From assembly GCF_000281045.1 (NCBI RefSeq), contig NW_008246112.1:325436-389435 (forward strand): 64,000 nucleotides of DNA, read 5' to 3'. Below the pieces are notes generated by a model that was given only the letters and a program-made list of their open reading frames with translations, did not search any database and had not been told where the DNA came from. The stretch is from Saprolegnia diclina VS20. Its lineage: Eukaryota. Position 1 is the first letter of the stretch. Every line of letters begins with the position of its first letter. The position numbers and the translations under genes are program-made. Shown here in pieces: positions 11,831 to 22,645 of this stretch.

Positions 11831-12893
11831 GGTAAATTCGGGTTTCACCGAGCGCAACGCTGGGTTTCCACGCAACCCACCAGCTACCTTGGTTTGAGTA
11901 TGCAGATACAAACACCAAGTGCAGTCTCAGTAGACAAGGAGTGGTCCCCCCAATACCGGCAATTGTCGACGCTGGCAACAAAAAAATACACGCGCGGCCG
12001 GGTGTGCCATACAAAAACTAGATGAAGCAGTGAGACAGGCCGTCGTGTTTATTAAAGCGTACCACCCCACGCAATTGTCAACCAACGGTGCACCCGGGTC
12101 GAGCAATTGTTTGGTCTTTGGCCCAAGCACTGTATTTTATTTGGCTGTCTCGAATATGAGTCGGAGTATGCCATACTCAGATGCAAACAACGAACGTCCG
12201 ATTTGTGTCCCTGGCTTTAATGGCTCAACCACCCTTCAAGTCCCGGGACCTTCTCGGAAGGGTCGTGAACCTTCCGCTCGACGGCGCTATTCAGGCCTCC
12301 TTGAAGCATCTACCTGCCGCAAGGAGGGCGCCAAGCAGGTCTTTTGCGCTGAGCTTATCGCTTTCATCATCACCTGCTCGACTGAGATATCCAGCTTGAC
12401 GGAACAGGATCTTTCGGCTTCACGCAGGATCTTTCTGCTTCATGCAGGACTACTTCGATGTTGCCCTTGCGAGAGGTTGTGTCAGGGAATTCGGGTTGCG
12501 TGCAGCAGCATATACTAGAGTAGAGTCATCATGACTGGGAACACTGCAGCCTTTGAAGATCTTGTATCCTCTAAGATCTTAGGCCATCAGATTCTATGGA
12601 CAAGGATCGTTCGGGAGCAACGTACCTGCGATTCGCCGCGTCGAACACCCCATGTACGTTGATGTGGGCTTGCCTCTACATGGACGAGCTTATTGGACAC
12701 AGGTTCGTATTGCGAGGGAGTTGTGGTCGACGGGCACCACGCCGCCTTTTTTAATTTTATTAAATAAAGCTACTGGGTGCACTTCAACAAACTATCGGTC
12801 GTGGTCTTTGTTGGCAGTCGCATTTTATTGGCGCAAATTGCGTCATTTAATCAAACTCGACCGCCTGCGCAATCGAGCGTCAACGAGTCCGCC

Positions 12894-14322
12894 ATGCCAC
12901 GCCACGCTCGTATCCTGCTGCTTGCGACGCTGCTCCTTGGCCTCGCCTCCGTCGTCGTGAGCCACGGCGCCCATGCCCACGCCCATGCCCACGCCCATGC
13001 CCACGCCCATGCCCAAGAGGCTAACAGCAACGACGGCAAGCGCTGCCCGTCGTGCAACATGGCGGCCAAGGACAACAACTTTACGTGGTTCACGGAGCTC
13101 AACAACGGTCAGAAGATCTACACGTGCGATATGAACACGGGCAACGACTACAAGAAGGGCTCGAGCGCCTTCTCGCACCCCGCGCTTGTCGGCGCCACCT
13201 TGGTACGACACATCCACCCCTGCAACTACAACATCTCATTGTATAAACACAGCACGACCTCGCCAACAGCACGACCGTTTGCACCAACACGTGCCCCGAG
13301 TGCGACGACGCGTCTACGAGCGTCAAGGATCCGATCAGCGGCGAGACCGTCACGTCCAGTGCGTTTGCGTTCATTTGCTTGAAGCGCGGCCAGAAGATCT
13401 ACTTTACGACCGAGGCCAACAAGCAGACGTTCCTCGCCGGTCTTGCTGCGTCGCCCGTACGTCGCTCTTGCTGTTTATGGCTCCATACTCATGTGGTCTC
13501 TAGTACTTTGGTGTGCGCAACATGTCGTGCGGCGGCGCGACGTGCCCGGACCAGTTTCAAGTGCCCGTCGACGCCTTGTCGACGCCAACGACGGCCCCGG
13601 CCACGCCCTCGACGACGACGCCGGCCGCGCTCTCGGACGACACGCCGTTCTGCACGGGCGCGTCGGTCATGTTTTCCGGCTTCCAGACCACGGTGCACGG
13701 CACGTGCGTCAAGCTCTTCTTCCAGCCGTGGGTGCTCAACTCGTCGGTCAAGTACGCGTTCGGCTTTCTTGGAGTCTTTGCGCTGCCGCTGCTCAACGAA
13801 TACTTTGTCCGGACGCGCGAGAATCTGCGCCAGACGTTCCGGAAGCGCAAGGCGTCGAACGGCCAGAAGCGGCTCCACAAGCTCATTTTGACGCTGCTGT
13901 ACATGATGCAGATGACGCTCGCGTACCTCGCGATGCTTGTCGTCATGATCTACGACACGGGGCTCTTCCTCTCGCTGATTCTGGGCTTTGGCGTCGGCTT
14001 TCTCTTCTTCAAGGTCGACAAGAAGGCGCCGGTGACGCGTGACGACGTGGGTGGGATCGCGGCGCCGTGGCGGTTCACCGACTTCAAGACGCTCACGATC
14101 CTCCATGCGCCGAGCATGATGTGCATGAAGAACTGCGGCGCGACGGTGACGCAGGCGCTGCAGACCGTCGACGGCGTTGACCGCATCTACATTGACATTG
14201 CCGACAAGTGCGTCTATGTCTCTGGCGGCGCCAGCGCCAAGGTCCTCCTCGAGACGCTCGAGAACGTCGGGTACGATGCGACGCTGCTCCACGAGCCAGT
14301 CCGGTCCGCGGGCGAGCCGTAG
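12894..14322 (+). CDS. Ctr-family copper transporter B: signal peptide, (HA)n tract, two YHS-like modules, Ctr core, C-terminal HMA domain (introns 13203-13252, 13457-13503)
   Basis: MLVVM and GFGVG motifs; LFFQPWVL-SSVKYAFGF shared with paralog A; HMA-like MMCMKNCGATV...VDGV...LENVGYDA. Confidence 0.88.
12969..13013 (+). repeat. Coding GCCCAY tandem repeat encoding a His-Ala tract
   Basis: gcccatgcccac repeated, translating to AHAHAHAHAHAHAHA. Confidence 0.9.
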
Positions 14323-14437
14323 ACGTCCACCTTATCTTATCGAATGCACTCTCTCGTTTCTCCAAGTACTTTATATCGATGCACATGTATAGTGTCTATG
14401 GTACTATGCGACATGACGTGGTTGACTCTTGATGGAG

Positions 14438-14504
14438 GCGCGAGCTGGGGCCAGGGTTGCGCGAGCTGGGGCTAGGGTTGCGCGAGCTGGGGCTAGGGTT
14501 GCGC
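14438..14504. repeat. 21-bp minisatellite, about 3 copies (GCGCGAGCTGGGGCYAGGGTT)
   Basis: Direct tandem copies start at 14438, 14459 and 14480. Confidence 0.95.
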
Positions 14505-14630
14505 TCTATGGTTACGAGAGGCTTGGTCAATGCGTCGCTTCTGTCGGTGCGCTCCTGCTCGCGAGATGGTCGCGACGCTACCAAGGCGTGGGCATCTTGC
14601 CCATGCAATGGTAAGATTGGACGTGCAATT

Positions 14631-14686
14631 GTCGATTAGTCGATTAGTCGATTAGTCGATTAGTCGATTAGTCGATTAGTCGAGTA
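14631..14686. repeat. 8-bp tandem repeat (GTCGATTA)x6 plus one degenerate copy
   Basis: Directly visible in the sequence. Confidence 0.97.
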
Positions 14687-14705
14687 GGTCATAAAAGCGG
14701 GTAGT

Positions 14706-15774
14706 CTATGCGATAGCGGCGCGGCACTCGGGGCAGTGAGCACCGGCGATGCGACGGACGGCACAGCTAGCGACCCACGTCGTCACACAAGCACGATGCA
14801 TGTGCCCGCATGGCGTGCGGGAATGTTGCGCGAACTCGCCTTGGCAAAGCGCGCACGGGGGCTCGTGCTTGCTCGACCGCACAAGAAGGACGAGGGAGCG
14901 CCAGAGCACCAAGTTGCTGTCGTCGCCGTCGAACTTGTGGCAGCTAGTATTGTCGGGAAGCGTTTTCCAGAGCTGATGAAGTGGCCCGAGTCGGCTTTCT
15001 GCCCCAGGAAGCGCCACTCGCAGGCGAAGAAGCCACACGACGTGGCTTTGATCGCTCGGCCGCACATCGGGCAGGGCGGGGTGTGCACCATAATGTTGAA
15101 GGGGTTGAAGCGCTGAGGCGAAATGACCTCCTTGTTGAAAGCCTCGCAACCTTGGTAGGTGCACGCGCCATGCACGTTGAGCCCGTGATATACCTTACGC
15201 CACGACGGGGCTCTATACGAAAAGCCGATGGAACGCATCGCGTTGGTGTTCGCGACGTCGGCAAACATGGCTGCTGAGCCTCCACCGACTTGTCCTAAGT
15301 GGATGACCACCGTGTCCCCCGACGTGACGCCAATGGAAGCCAGAGATTGATCAGCACAATAGCGAGAACCGTCGTGGAAGTAAGCGAAGGAACAGGAGTA
15401 GTAGCCCTTCGTCATCAGCGCTTCCGTCGCGACACCGAGCAAGGAGTCCAAATGGACCTTGAGCTTGACGATGCGAAAGCACGGAAGCTGGACAAAGATC
15501 GGAACGCTGCCGTCGTCGGTGGCCACATCCGCGGTGCGCAGCATCCATCTCAGGCCACCGTCGTCCAGCGCTGGCACGTACGGGGCAAGCTCTTCATAGT
15601 CTCCAAGTTCGAAGTTGTTGAACTTGAGCTCGGCGTCGTGCGCGACGATGCCGGACTCACCGAGCTTGGCGACGAGGAGCGTCTTGAGGTCGCCGATGGT
15701 CTTGATCGCTGCGAGCTCGTCGTCGCCAACGTGCAGGACGTCGCAGACGCGGCGCGCTGCCAGCCCACTTGCAT
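14706..15774 (-). pseudogene. Ubiquitin-like domain(s) + Cys-rich domain + RING-H2-like finger, interrupted by frameshift(s); pseudogene or assembly error
   Basis: Ubl ending HLGQVGG; GLNVHGACT..C..CPMC..CGFFAC; RING CALC..CGHMHRAC..CPEC lies in a different frame after about 14970. Confidence 0.65.
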
Positions 15775-16808
15775 CTTGTCCGCAAATTCGCTTTTGGCTG
15801 CACGACGGTCGACCGGCCACTTTTTATCGAACGGTCGATTTGGCACCGGTCGAATGACGTGGCACGCTCCTGGGTCCAGCGATGGGCGGGCGACACGTTG
15901 ATTGGTCCATCAATGTCATCCTGTTTTTTAAATGACTTGAGTATCGTATTGCGTCGAGCAAAATTAGTTAAAATAGACTTCGTCGCGCCAACCCCAGATC
16001 GCTCGGCAGGTCCGATCTTCGTCGCGATCCAGACCCAGCGAAATGACTCGATGACCTCACAAGCTACAGCTCTAGCTACACTGGTCGGAGCTTCTGCCAT
16101 CGCCCACGTTCCCAACTGTGTCATCAGGGCAGTGCAAGACAACGATGGAGATTGCGAGAGCGTCTTCAAGCCAAGAGCGATGCGCTGCTACCGAGGTGCA
16201 TATCACACAGAAGAACGTAGTCCAGCAAAGTGATTTTGTTTTCAATAGTCATGCAGACAAGAGTAGTCCCAGATTGATCCTGATGATTGTTGTTGTCATT
16301 CGGCTCGTTTGGCGTGGTTTACACTCGCGAAGATGGGGCGGATGCGCATGAAGGAGCTGTGTGATCCCTGCAAAATGCGGTCCGCTGCAGGGACATCAAG
16401 TTGTCTGAGGGCCAATTCATCGCTCACAGACGAATCGGTCAACGAGAATGGATCCGATAAGATAGGAGAGTATCGCGTCGTGCTTTGAAATCTTCGCCCA
16501 CAAACAATCACAACTTGAAGTTGTCGGCGATGTGAAGTACATGAAATAGTGTATGACCTGATTCTCGTGGTGCCGAGGGTCCCTGCCATCACGAGAGAAG
16601 TTCACTCAACTCTTGGGTTCGGTTGGCATCTAACGCTCCGATTGTCTACGTAAATGGCAAGAAGGGCCGTCGGCATATCCCAGTGCCGCGGGGCAGACCT
16701 ACAAAAAAGGGGGCTACAAACACTATTTACGTAATAACGTGACTGGAATAGTGTGTTATGGACGCAGGATGCTGGCAGGCTCGCACAACCAAATCAGCCG
16801 CGACCACC

Positions 16809-18565
16809 ATGCAGCGCCTCAACCGCATCCAAGGCCACCTCCAGACGCCATCGCCGACCGAAGTCGTCGTCGTCGCGGCGACGCGCACGCCCATCGCCAA
16901 GGCCAAGCGCGGCGCCTTTAAGGACACGACGCCGGACGTCTTGCTGCGCCAGGTAGACATACGTCTGTGCAAGGCATGGCCTCAGCGCGCACGCTAGGTG
17001 TTTGAAGGCGTTTTGAAGCAGACCAAGGTGGACCCCAAGATCATTGGCGACATCGTTGTCGGTACGTGGCTTGCTTGGAGGATCGCTGCGCTCACGAGCG
17101 TCGCACATATGATAGGCAACGTGCTCCAGCCCGGCTCGGCGGCCGTGGGCGCCCGCATGGGCCAGCTCTGCGCGGGCATTCCCTATACTGTCCCGCTCAA
17201 CTCGGTGAACCGGTACGCCTTTGGATGCGGCGAACCATCCGGTCACACTCGGTCGTATCTAGCCAATGCTCGTCGGGCCTGCAAGCCTTTGCCAACGTCG
17301 CGGCAGCCATCCAAGCGGGCTACTACGACGTCGGGCTTGCTGCGGGCGTCGAGTGCATGTCGCTGACGGACATGGGCGGCAGCGCTCCGGACGTTGCTTG
17401 GGAGGACGTACGTCTTGCATTTATCTCTCATCGCTTCATGCACGAGATGCTCGTATGCATCAATGCACAAATGGATATCACACGTAGGTGTACGCGAACG
17501 AAGGGGCAAAGAACTGCACGGTCTCGATGGGCCTCACGAGCGAGAACGTGGCTGCCAAGTATGGCATCACGCGGACGCAACAGGTACTCTGCCTCTCCAT
17601 CTCGTTACCTCGACCGACAATCTCATGGCGCTGGCGATAGGACACGTTGGCGGCAGCGTCGCATGCCAAGGCGGCCGCGGCGCAAGCGGCGGGTCGCTTT
17701 GACGCCGAGATCACGCCCGTCGTGCTCAAGACGGACGATGGCAAGGAAGTTGTCATCTCCAAGGACGAAGGCGTCCGCGCCGGCACGACTGTTGAAGGCC
17801 TCGCGAAGCTCCGCACGTCTTTCAAGGAGAACGGGACGACGACGGCTGGTACAGAGCATCGAGTATGATGATCTTTCCACAACATGCCCTGTCTATGCAG
17901 GCAACTCGAGCCAAGTCAGCGACGGCGCGGCGGCCGTCCTTGTCATGACGCGTGCGATGGCCGAGAAGCTCCAGCTGCCGATCCTCGGCACGTTTGTCTC
18001 GTACGCGGTTCGTGCTTCTTTCTGCATCTCCTACTACGGCAGACGCTCATTCAGTTTCATGCCAGGTGGCGGGCGTGCCACCGGAGATCATGGGCGTCGG
18101 TGCGTCCTTCGCTCCTTGACACGAGAAGGCTCATGGCGGCGGCTGCGTAGGCCCGGCGTATGCGATTCCTGCGGCGCTTGCCAAGGCCGATCTCCGCATC
18201 GAAGACATTGATGTGTTTGAGATCAATGAAGCTTTCGCGAGCCAAGTACACGCCTCCAACCTCTTGCCATGCGTGGCTAACGACGGGCTAGGCCTTGTAC
18301 TGCATCCACGAGCTCAAGATTCCCATGGAGAAGGTCAACCCGAACGGTAATCGATGCCATCTACGCACGGTTCCGGCAATCTCATGGCACTCGGTGGTGG
18401 TCGTTAGGCGGCGCCATTGCGCTTGGCCACCCACTTGGCTGCACGGGCGCCCGGCAGATTGCGACGCTCCTCCACGAGCTCCAGCGGACGCAAAAGACGT
18501 ACGGTGTCATCTCCATGTGCATTGGCACGGGCATGGGCGCCGCGGCTGTCTTCAAGCGCGCGTAA
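16809..18565 (+). CDS. Peroxisomal 3-ketoacyl-CoA thiolase with PTS2, about 11 exons
   Basis: [74 protein letters not shown]-terminal RLNRIQGHL. Confidence 0.93.
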
Positions 18566-18812
18566 CCACAGCTGTCGTAGTACCAGTCAATAATGCACAC
18601 TGTTGTCTGCGATATATTGAAACAAACACTATTTCTGTTTAACGTGTCGGAACATTATTTCAGTTTTATAAATGGTGTTCTGTACACTATTTGAATTGTC
18701 GTACGGATCCGGATACCGCTTGTGCCAAGGCGAGAGGCCGTCATCGTGGTGGTTTTTGGCTCCTCGTTCGAGCACACGCAGAAGTCGCCCGAAGCCCGCA
18801 ACAGAAGCAACC

Positions 18813-19463
18813 ATGGCCAGCGCCAAGAAGCTCGACCTCTACTCGATCCTCGACGTCCCGCCCCATGCGTCCATGGACGACGTCAAGGCCGCCTACCGCA
18901 AGCTCGCACTCCTCCATCACCCCGATCGCAAGGCCCCGCAGGTAGACAATGCCATGAGCGGTGCCATCATGTGCTCATGCGTGCCGCTGCGTTAGGGCTC
19001 GATTCCCAGCGGCGCGTCCAGCTCCTTCTTCCAAGATGTCAACGAAGCCTATGATACCTTGAGCAGTGTCGAATCGCGCACGCAGTACGATCTCAAGACG
19101 TATGGCATGTCGACGTTCGCGACCGTTGGCTCCACGGACGGCGTCGTCAAGGACGATGGCTACAAGCGCATGACGTCCGAGGACGTGAACCGCCTCATGG
19201 CCAACGCCAACTCGTTTGATCGCTTTACGACGGCTGAGTACCACCGCCAACGGTCCGTCATGGCCCCCAACGCCATTGGGCGTCGAGCGACCGACTTTGC
19301 CGAGCGCAAGCAGTTCCGTTCCAAGGCTGTGCCCCTCCCGACGAAGAACGCGACGATCGGCTGGCTCGTGGTTCCTGTTTTGGCGCTAGGCCTCTGGGCG
19401 GTGAGCGTCAACTCCATGTGGCAGGGCATCAAGAAGCCCATGGCGCCGACTAAGCGACAGTAG
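18813..19463 (+). CDS. DnaJ-domain protein with C-terminal transmembrane segment, 1 intron (about 18942-18994)
   Basis: DLYSILDV...VKAAYRKLALLHHPDRK...FQDVNEAYDTLS; hydrophobic tail WLVVPVLALGLWAV. Confidence 0.88.
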
Positions 19464-19602
19464 ATGTGCCCATCATGTGAATAAACACCGTATCCTATTG
19501 CAGTCCTGTGCTTCTTCCCTCGTGCCATATATGTCATCCAGGAAGACTTTGACGCATCATTGACAACGCATGTTATATAGGGCAAAACTGCTTGCCACAA
19601 CC

Positions 19603-20964
19603 TTAGTACTCCTCGCCGTATTCCATGTCTTCGCCATCGCCTTCCTGCGTCTCGGCCGAGACTTCTTCGTAGTCCTTCTCGAGGGCAGCAAGATCTTCAC
19701 GAGCCTCCGAGAACTCGCCTTCTTCCATCCCTTCACCGACATACCAGTGGACGAACGCGCGCTTGGCGTACATCAAGTCGAACTTGTGGTCAATGCGCGA
19801 GAAGACCTCAGCGATGGCCGACGTGTTGGAGATCATGGCGACAGCACGCTGAACACGCGCCAAGTCACCGCCCGGGACAACGGTCGGCGGCTGGTAGTTG
19901 ATGCCGCACTTGAAGCCCGTGGGGCACCAGTCGACAAACTGGACCGTACGCTTGTTCTTGATGGTCGCGACGGCGGCGTTGACGTCCTTGGGGACAACGT
20001 CACCGCGGTACATGAGGCACGCCGCCATGTACTTGCCGTGGCGCGGGTCGCACTTGGCCATCATGGACGAAGGTTCAAAGCACGAGTTTGTGATCTCGGC
20101 AACAGAGAGCTGCTCATGGTAGGCCTTCTCCGCGCTGATGACGGGGGCGTACGACGAGAGCATGAAGTGGATGCGCGGGTACGGGACGAGGTTCGTCTGG
20201 AACTCGGTGATATCGACGTTGAGCGAACCATCGAAGCGGAGCGACGTCGTGAGCGACGAGATGACCTGGGCAACGAGACGGTTCAAGTTGGTGTACGACG
20301 GGCGCTCAATGTCGAGCGAGCGCTTGCAGATGTCATAGATGGCTTCGTTGTCAAGCATGATGGCGACATCGGTGTGCTCCAAGAGCGAGTGGGTCGAAAG
20401 GACCGAGTTGTACGGTTCAACAACGGCCGTCGAGACCTGCGGCGACGGGTAGATCGTGAAGCCGAGCTTCGACTTGCGGCCATAGTCGACCGAGAGACGC
20501 TCGAGAAGGAGCGAGCCGAGGCCCGAACCGGTACCACCGCCGACAGCGTTGAAGACCATGAAGCCCTGGAGGCCCGTGCAGTTGTCCGCAAGCTTGCGCA
20601 CGCGATCGAGGACCTGGTCGACAATCTCCTTGCCGATCGTGTAGTGACCACGAGCGTAGTTGTTGGCGGCGTCTTCCTTGCCCGAGATGATCTGCTCCGG
20701 ATGGTAGAGCTGGCGGTAGGTGCCCGTACGGACTTCGTCGCAGACCGAGGGTTCAAGATCGACAAAGACAGCACGAGGGACATGCTTGCCGGCGCCGGTC
20801 TCGCTGAAGAAGGTGTTGAAGGCGTCGTCGCCACCGCCGATCGTCTTGTCCGAGGGCATCTGGCCATCGGGCTGGATGCCATGCTCGAGGCAGTAGAGCT
20901 CCCAGCAGGAGTTACCGACCTGGATACCGCCCTGGCCGAGGTGAATGGAGAGGATCTCGCGCAT
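19603..20964 (-). CDS. TUBA: Alpha-tubulin (copy 1)
   Basis: [19 protein letters not shown] (K40), GGGTGSG, C-terminal EEY. Confidence 0.98.
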   Translation of the reverse strand: MREILSIHLGQGGIQVGNSCWELYCLEHGIQPDGQMPSDKTIGGGDDAFNTFFSETGAGKHVPRAVFVDLEPSVCDEVRTGTYRQLYHPEQIISGKEDAANNYARGHYTIGKEIVDQVLDRVRKLADNCTGLQGFMVFNAVGGGTGSGLGSLLLERLSVDYGRKSKLGFTIYPSPQVSTAVVEPYNSVLSTHSLLEHTDVAIMLDNEAIYDICKRSLDIERPSYTNLNRLVAQVISSLTTSLRFDGSLNVDITEFQTNLVPYPRIHFMLSSYAPVISAEKAYHEQLSVAEITNSCFEPSSMMAKCDPRHGKYMAACLMYRGDVVPKDVNAAVATIKNKRTVQFVDWCPTGFKCGINYQPPTVVPGGDLARVQRAVAMISNTSAIAEVFSRIDHKFDLMYAKRAFVHWYVGEGMEEGEFSEAREDLAALEKDYEEVSAETQEGDGEDMEYGEEY

Positions 20965-21137
20965 GTTGGTCCTAGGAAGAGCCATGAGGATGGGGGCTTC
21001 CTCGGGGCATGGGACGTACGCTGGTGGAGGAAGCTGCGGGTGCGAAAGCGGTTGTGATGGACGCTTGCACCGAAAAGCGAAAGTGGGAAAGGGGTTTGCC
21101 GACCCATTTGAATTTTGAATCGTCAAACGGCGTTTTG

Positions 21138-21278
21138 GCCAATCAGCGCGCGCGAGGCTAAAGCACGGCCAATCAGCGACGCAGGATCACTCATGCCTCC
21201 CTTCCGGCGGAGATTGCGCGCCAGCCAATCCGCGCTGCGCAGAACTCAATATTCACGGCGTCCGCATCGGTGATTGGA
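21138..21278. promoter_or_regulatory. CCAAT-box cluster upstream of alpha-tubulin copy 1
   Basis: GGCCAATCAGCG twice, plus GCCAATC and GATTGG; similar boxes at about 22517 and 22565 before copy 2. Confidence 0.6.
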
Positions 21279-22645
21279 TGAAAAGAGAGCCAGGAACCAC
21301 CCCGAGCCCTATACAGACCATCAAAAAGAACGTGTGGGCGAGACGCGCACATCGGGTTTTAAACAGAGTTTGGACAGCGTGATTGATTCACACAGTGTTT
21401 TCGCTCAATGCGTGATCCAGTGTCTTGCTTGAGCAGCCATCCTTGGAGGTAGTGTTCCGATTGATACAAGATATGTAGCCTCCGCGATAGTACTACACAG
21501 AGCGCCCATGACGTACCATGCAGAAATCATCTCGGCGCAGTGCAAGATCCAAGATTTGGATTCGCGCGGGAAGGTCGCGGACGCAGCCACGTAACAAGAC
21601 ATGCCACGGTGCGAGGACCAGTGAGAAAGCCGAATGACACCGATGTCGCGAGTGCGCGTGCACGTCACCCTCCCAAGTCGCCGATCCTGCATCAGCGACT
21701 GCGCAACTGACCGCGCCGCTCCGTGCCACGCAGGACGATGCTTGGGAGTATAATACAGTGTAATGATTTGTCGCGTCCAATACAGTGTATAATACGGTGT
21801 CGGGCGTCGACGGGCCTACCGGGCTTGGTGTATTTTATTCCATACAAACATCAAGGTAAATACAGTTCAACAACATTAAAATACGGTCCTCAAATGTGAT
21901 TGGTGTGTTTTGACCCACGCGTTCGCTTCCTTGAAGCTGATCGGCGCGCGGGCTTTCGCCCAGTTGGTGCCCCGGTGCCACGGTGCTTTTCTTTGGCGAC
22001 AGCAGCGTCTTTGGGGTCTACGAGCACCCAACCCCACGACTATGTCCCTTGTTTTTAGCTCGCTCGCGGGCTTTTCTGCCCCATACGCCGGCGTCCTTAA
22101 TCGCCCAAGAGCTCAGTCTTGCTAAGATGGAAGCCGAGCTGCCGCTTCCATAGCCCTAGCAAATGACTCTACATACTGCACATTAGAAACCAGCGAGAAT
22201 GCGTGCTTCGACAGCCGGATTGACCTTCAAGCCGCTCTTCAAGCTTGCCCATCTTGGTCACGCATGGGCTGTGTAAAAACACGCAACTCGCCGCTCCAAC
22301 GCCCGTTCCTGTTCATGTCCTGCATGGCATCCCAACGGTCACTCCTTGGTAAAAGGCTCATACTGCTAACGACTAGATGTACGTCTATCGCGAGTCCATG
22401 CTGATGAGGTAAAGACGATGCGTCCATCTTCCTCGTAGTGGTCATGGCCGCGTAAGGGACGGGCAGGAAGTGGCGTGTCAATAGACAAGCCGCAGCCGCG
22501 TCTGGATACGAAAGCAGCCAATCACGCGCGCGGATTTCCCTCCCAAACGAAGACGATGGCACATGATTGGCTGCGTCGTTGACGGTACGCAGACGACGAC
22601 TGCCATTTTCACTTTTGCTTCTTCGAGCTCATTGACCTAACAACA

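Noticed and set aside
14631..14686. Possible CRISPR or telomeric array
   Set aside because: No spacers, the unit is not TTTAGGG-like, and the context is eukaryotic
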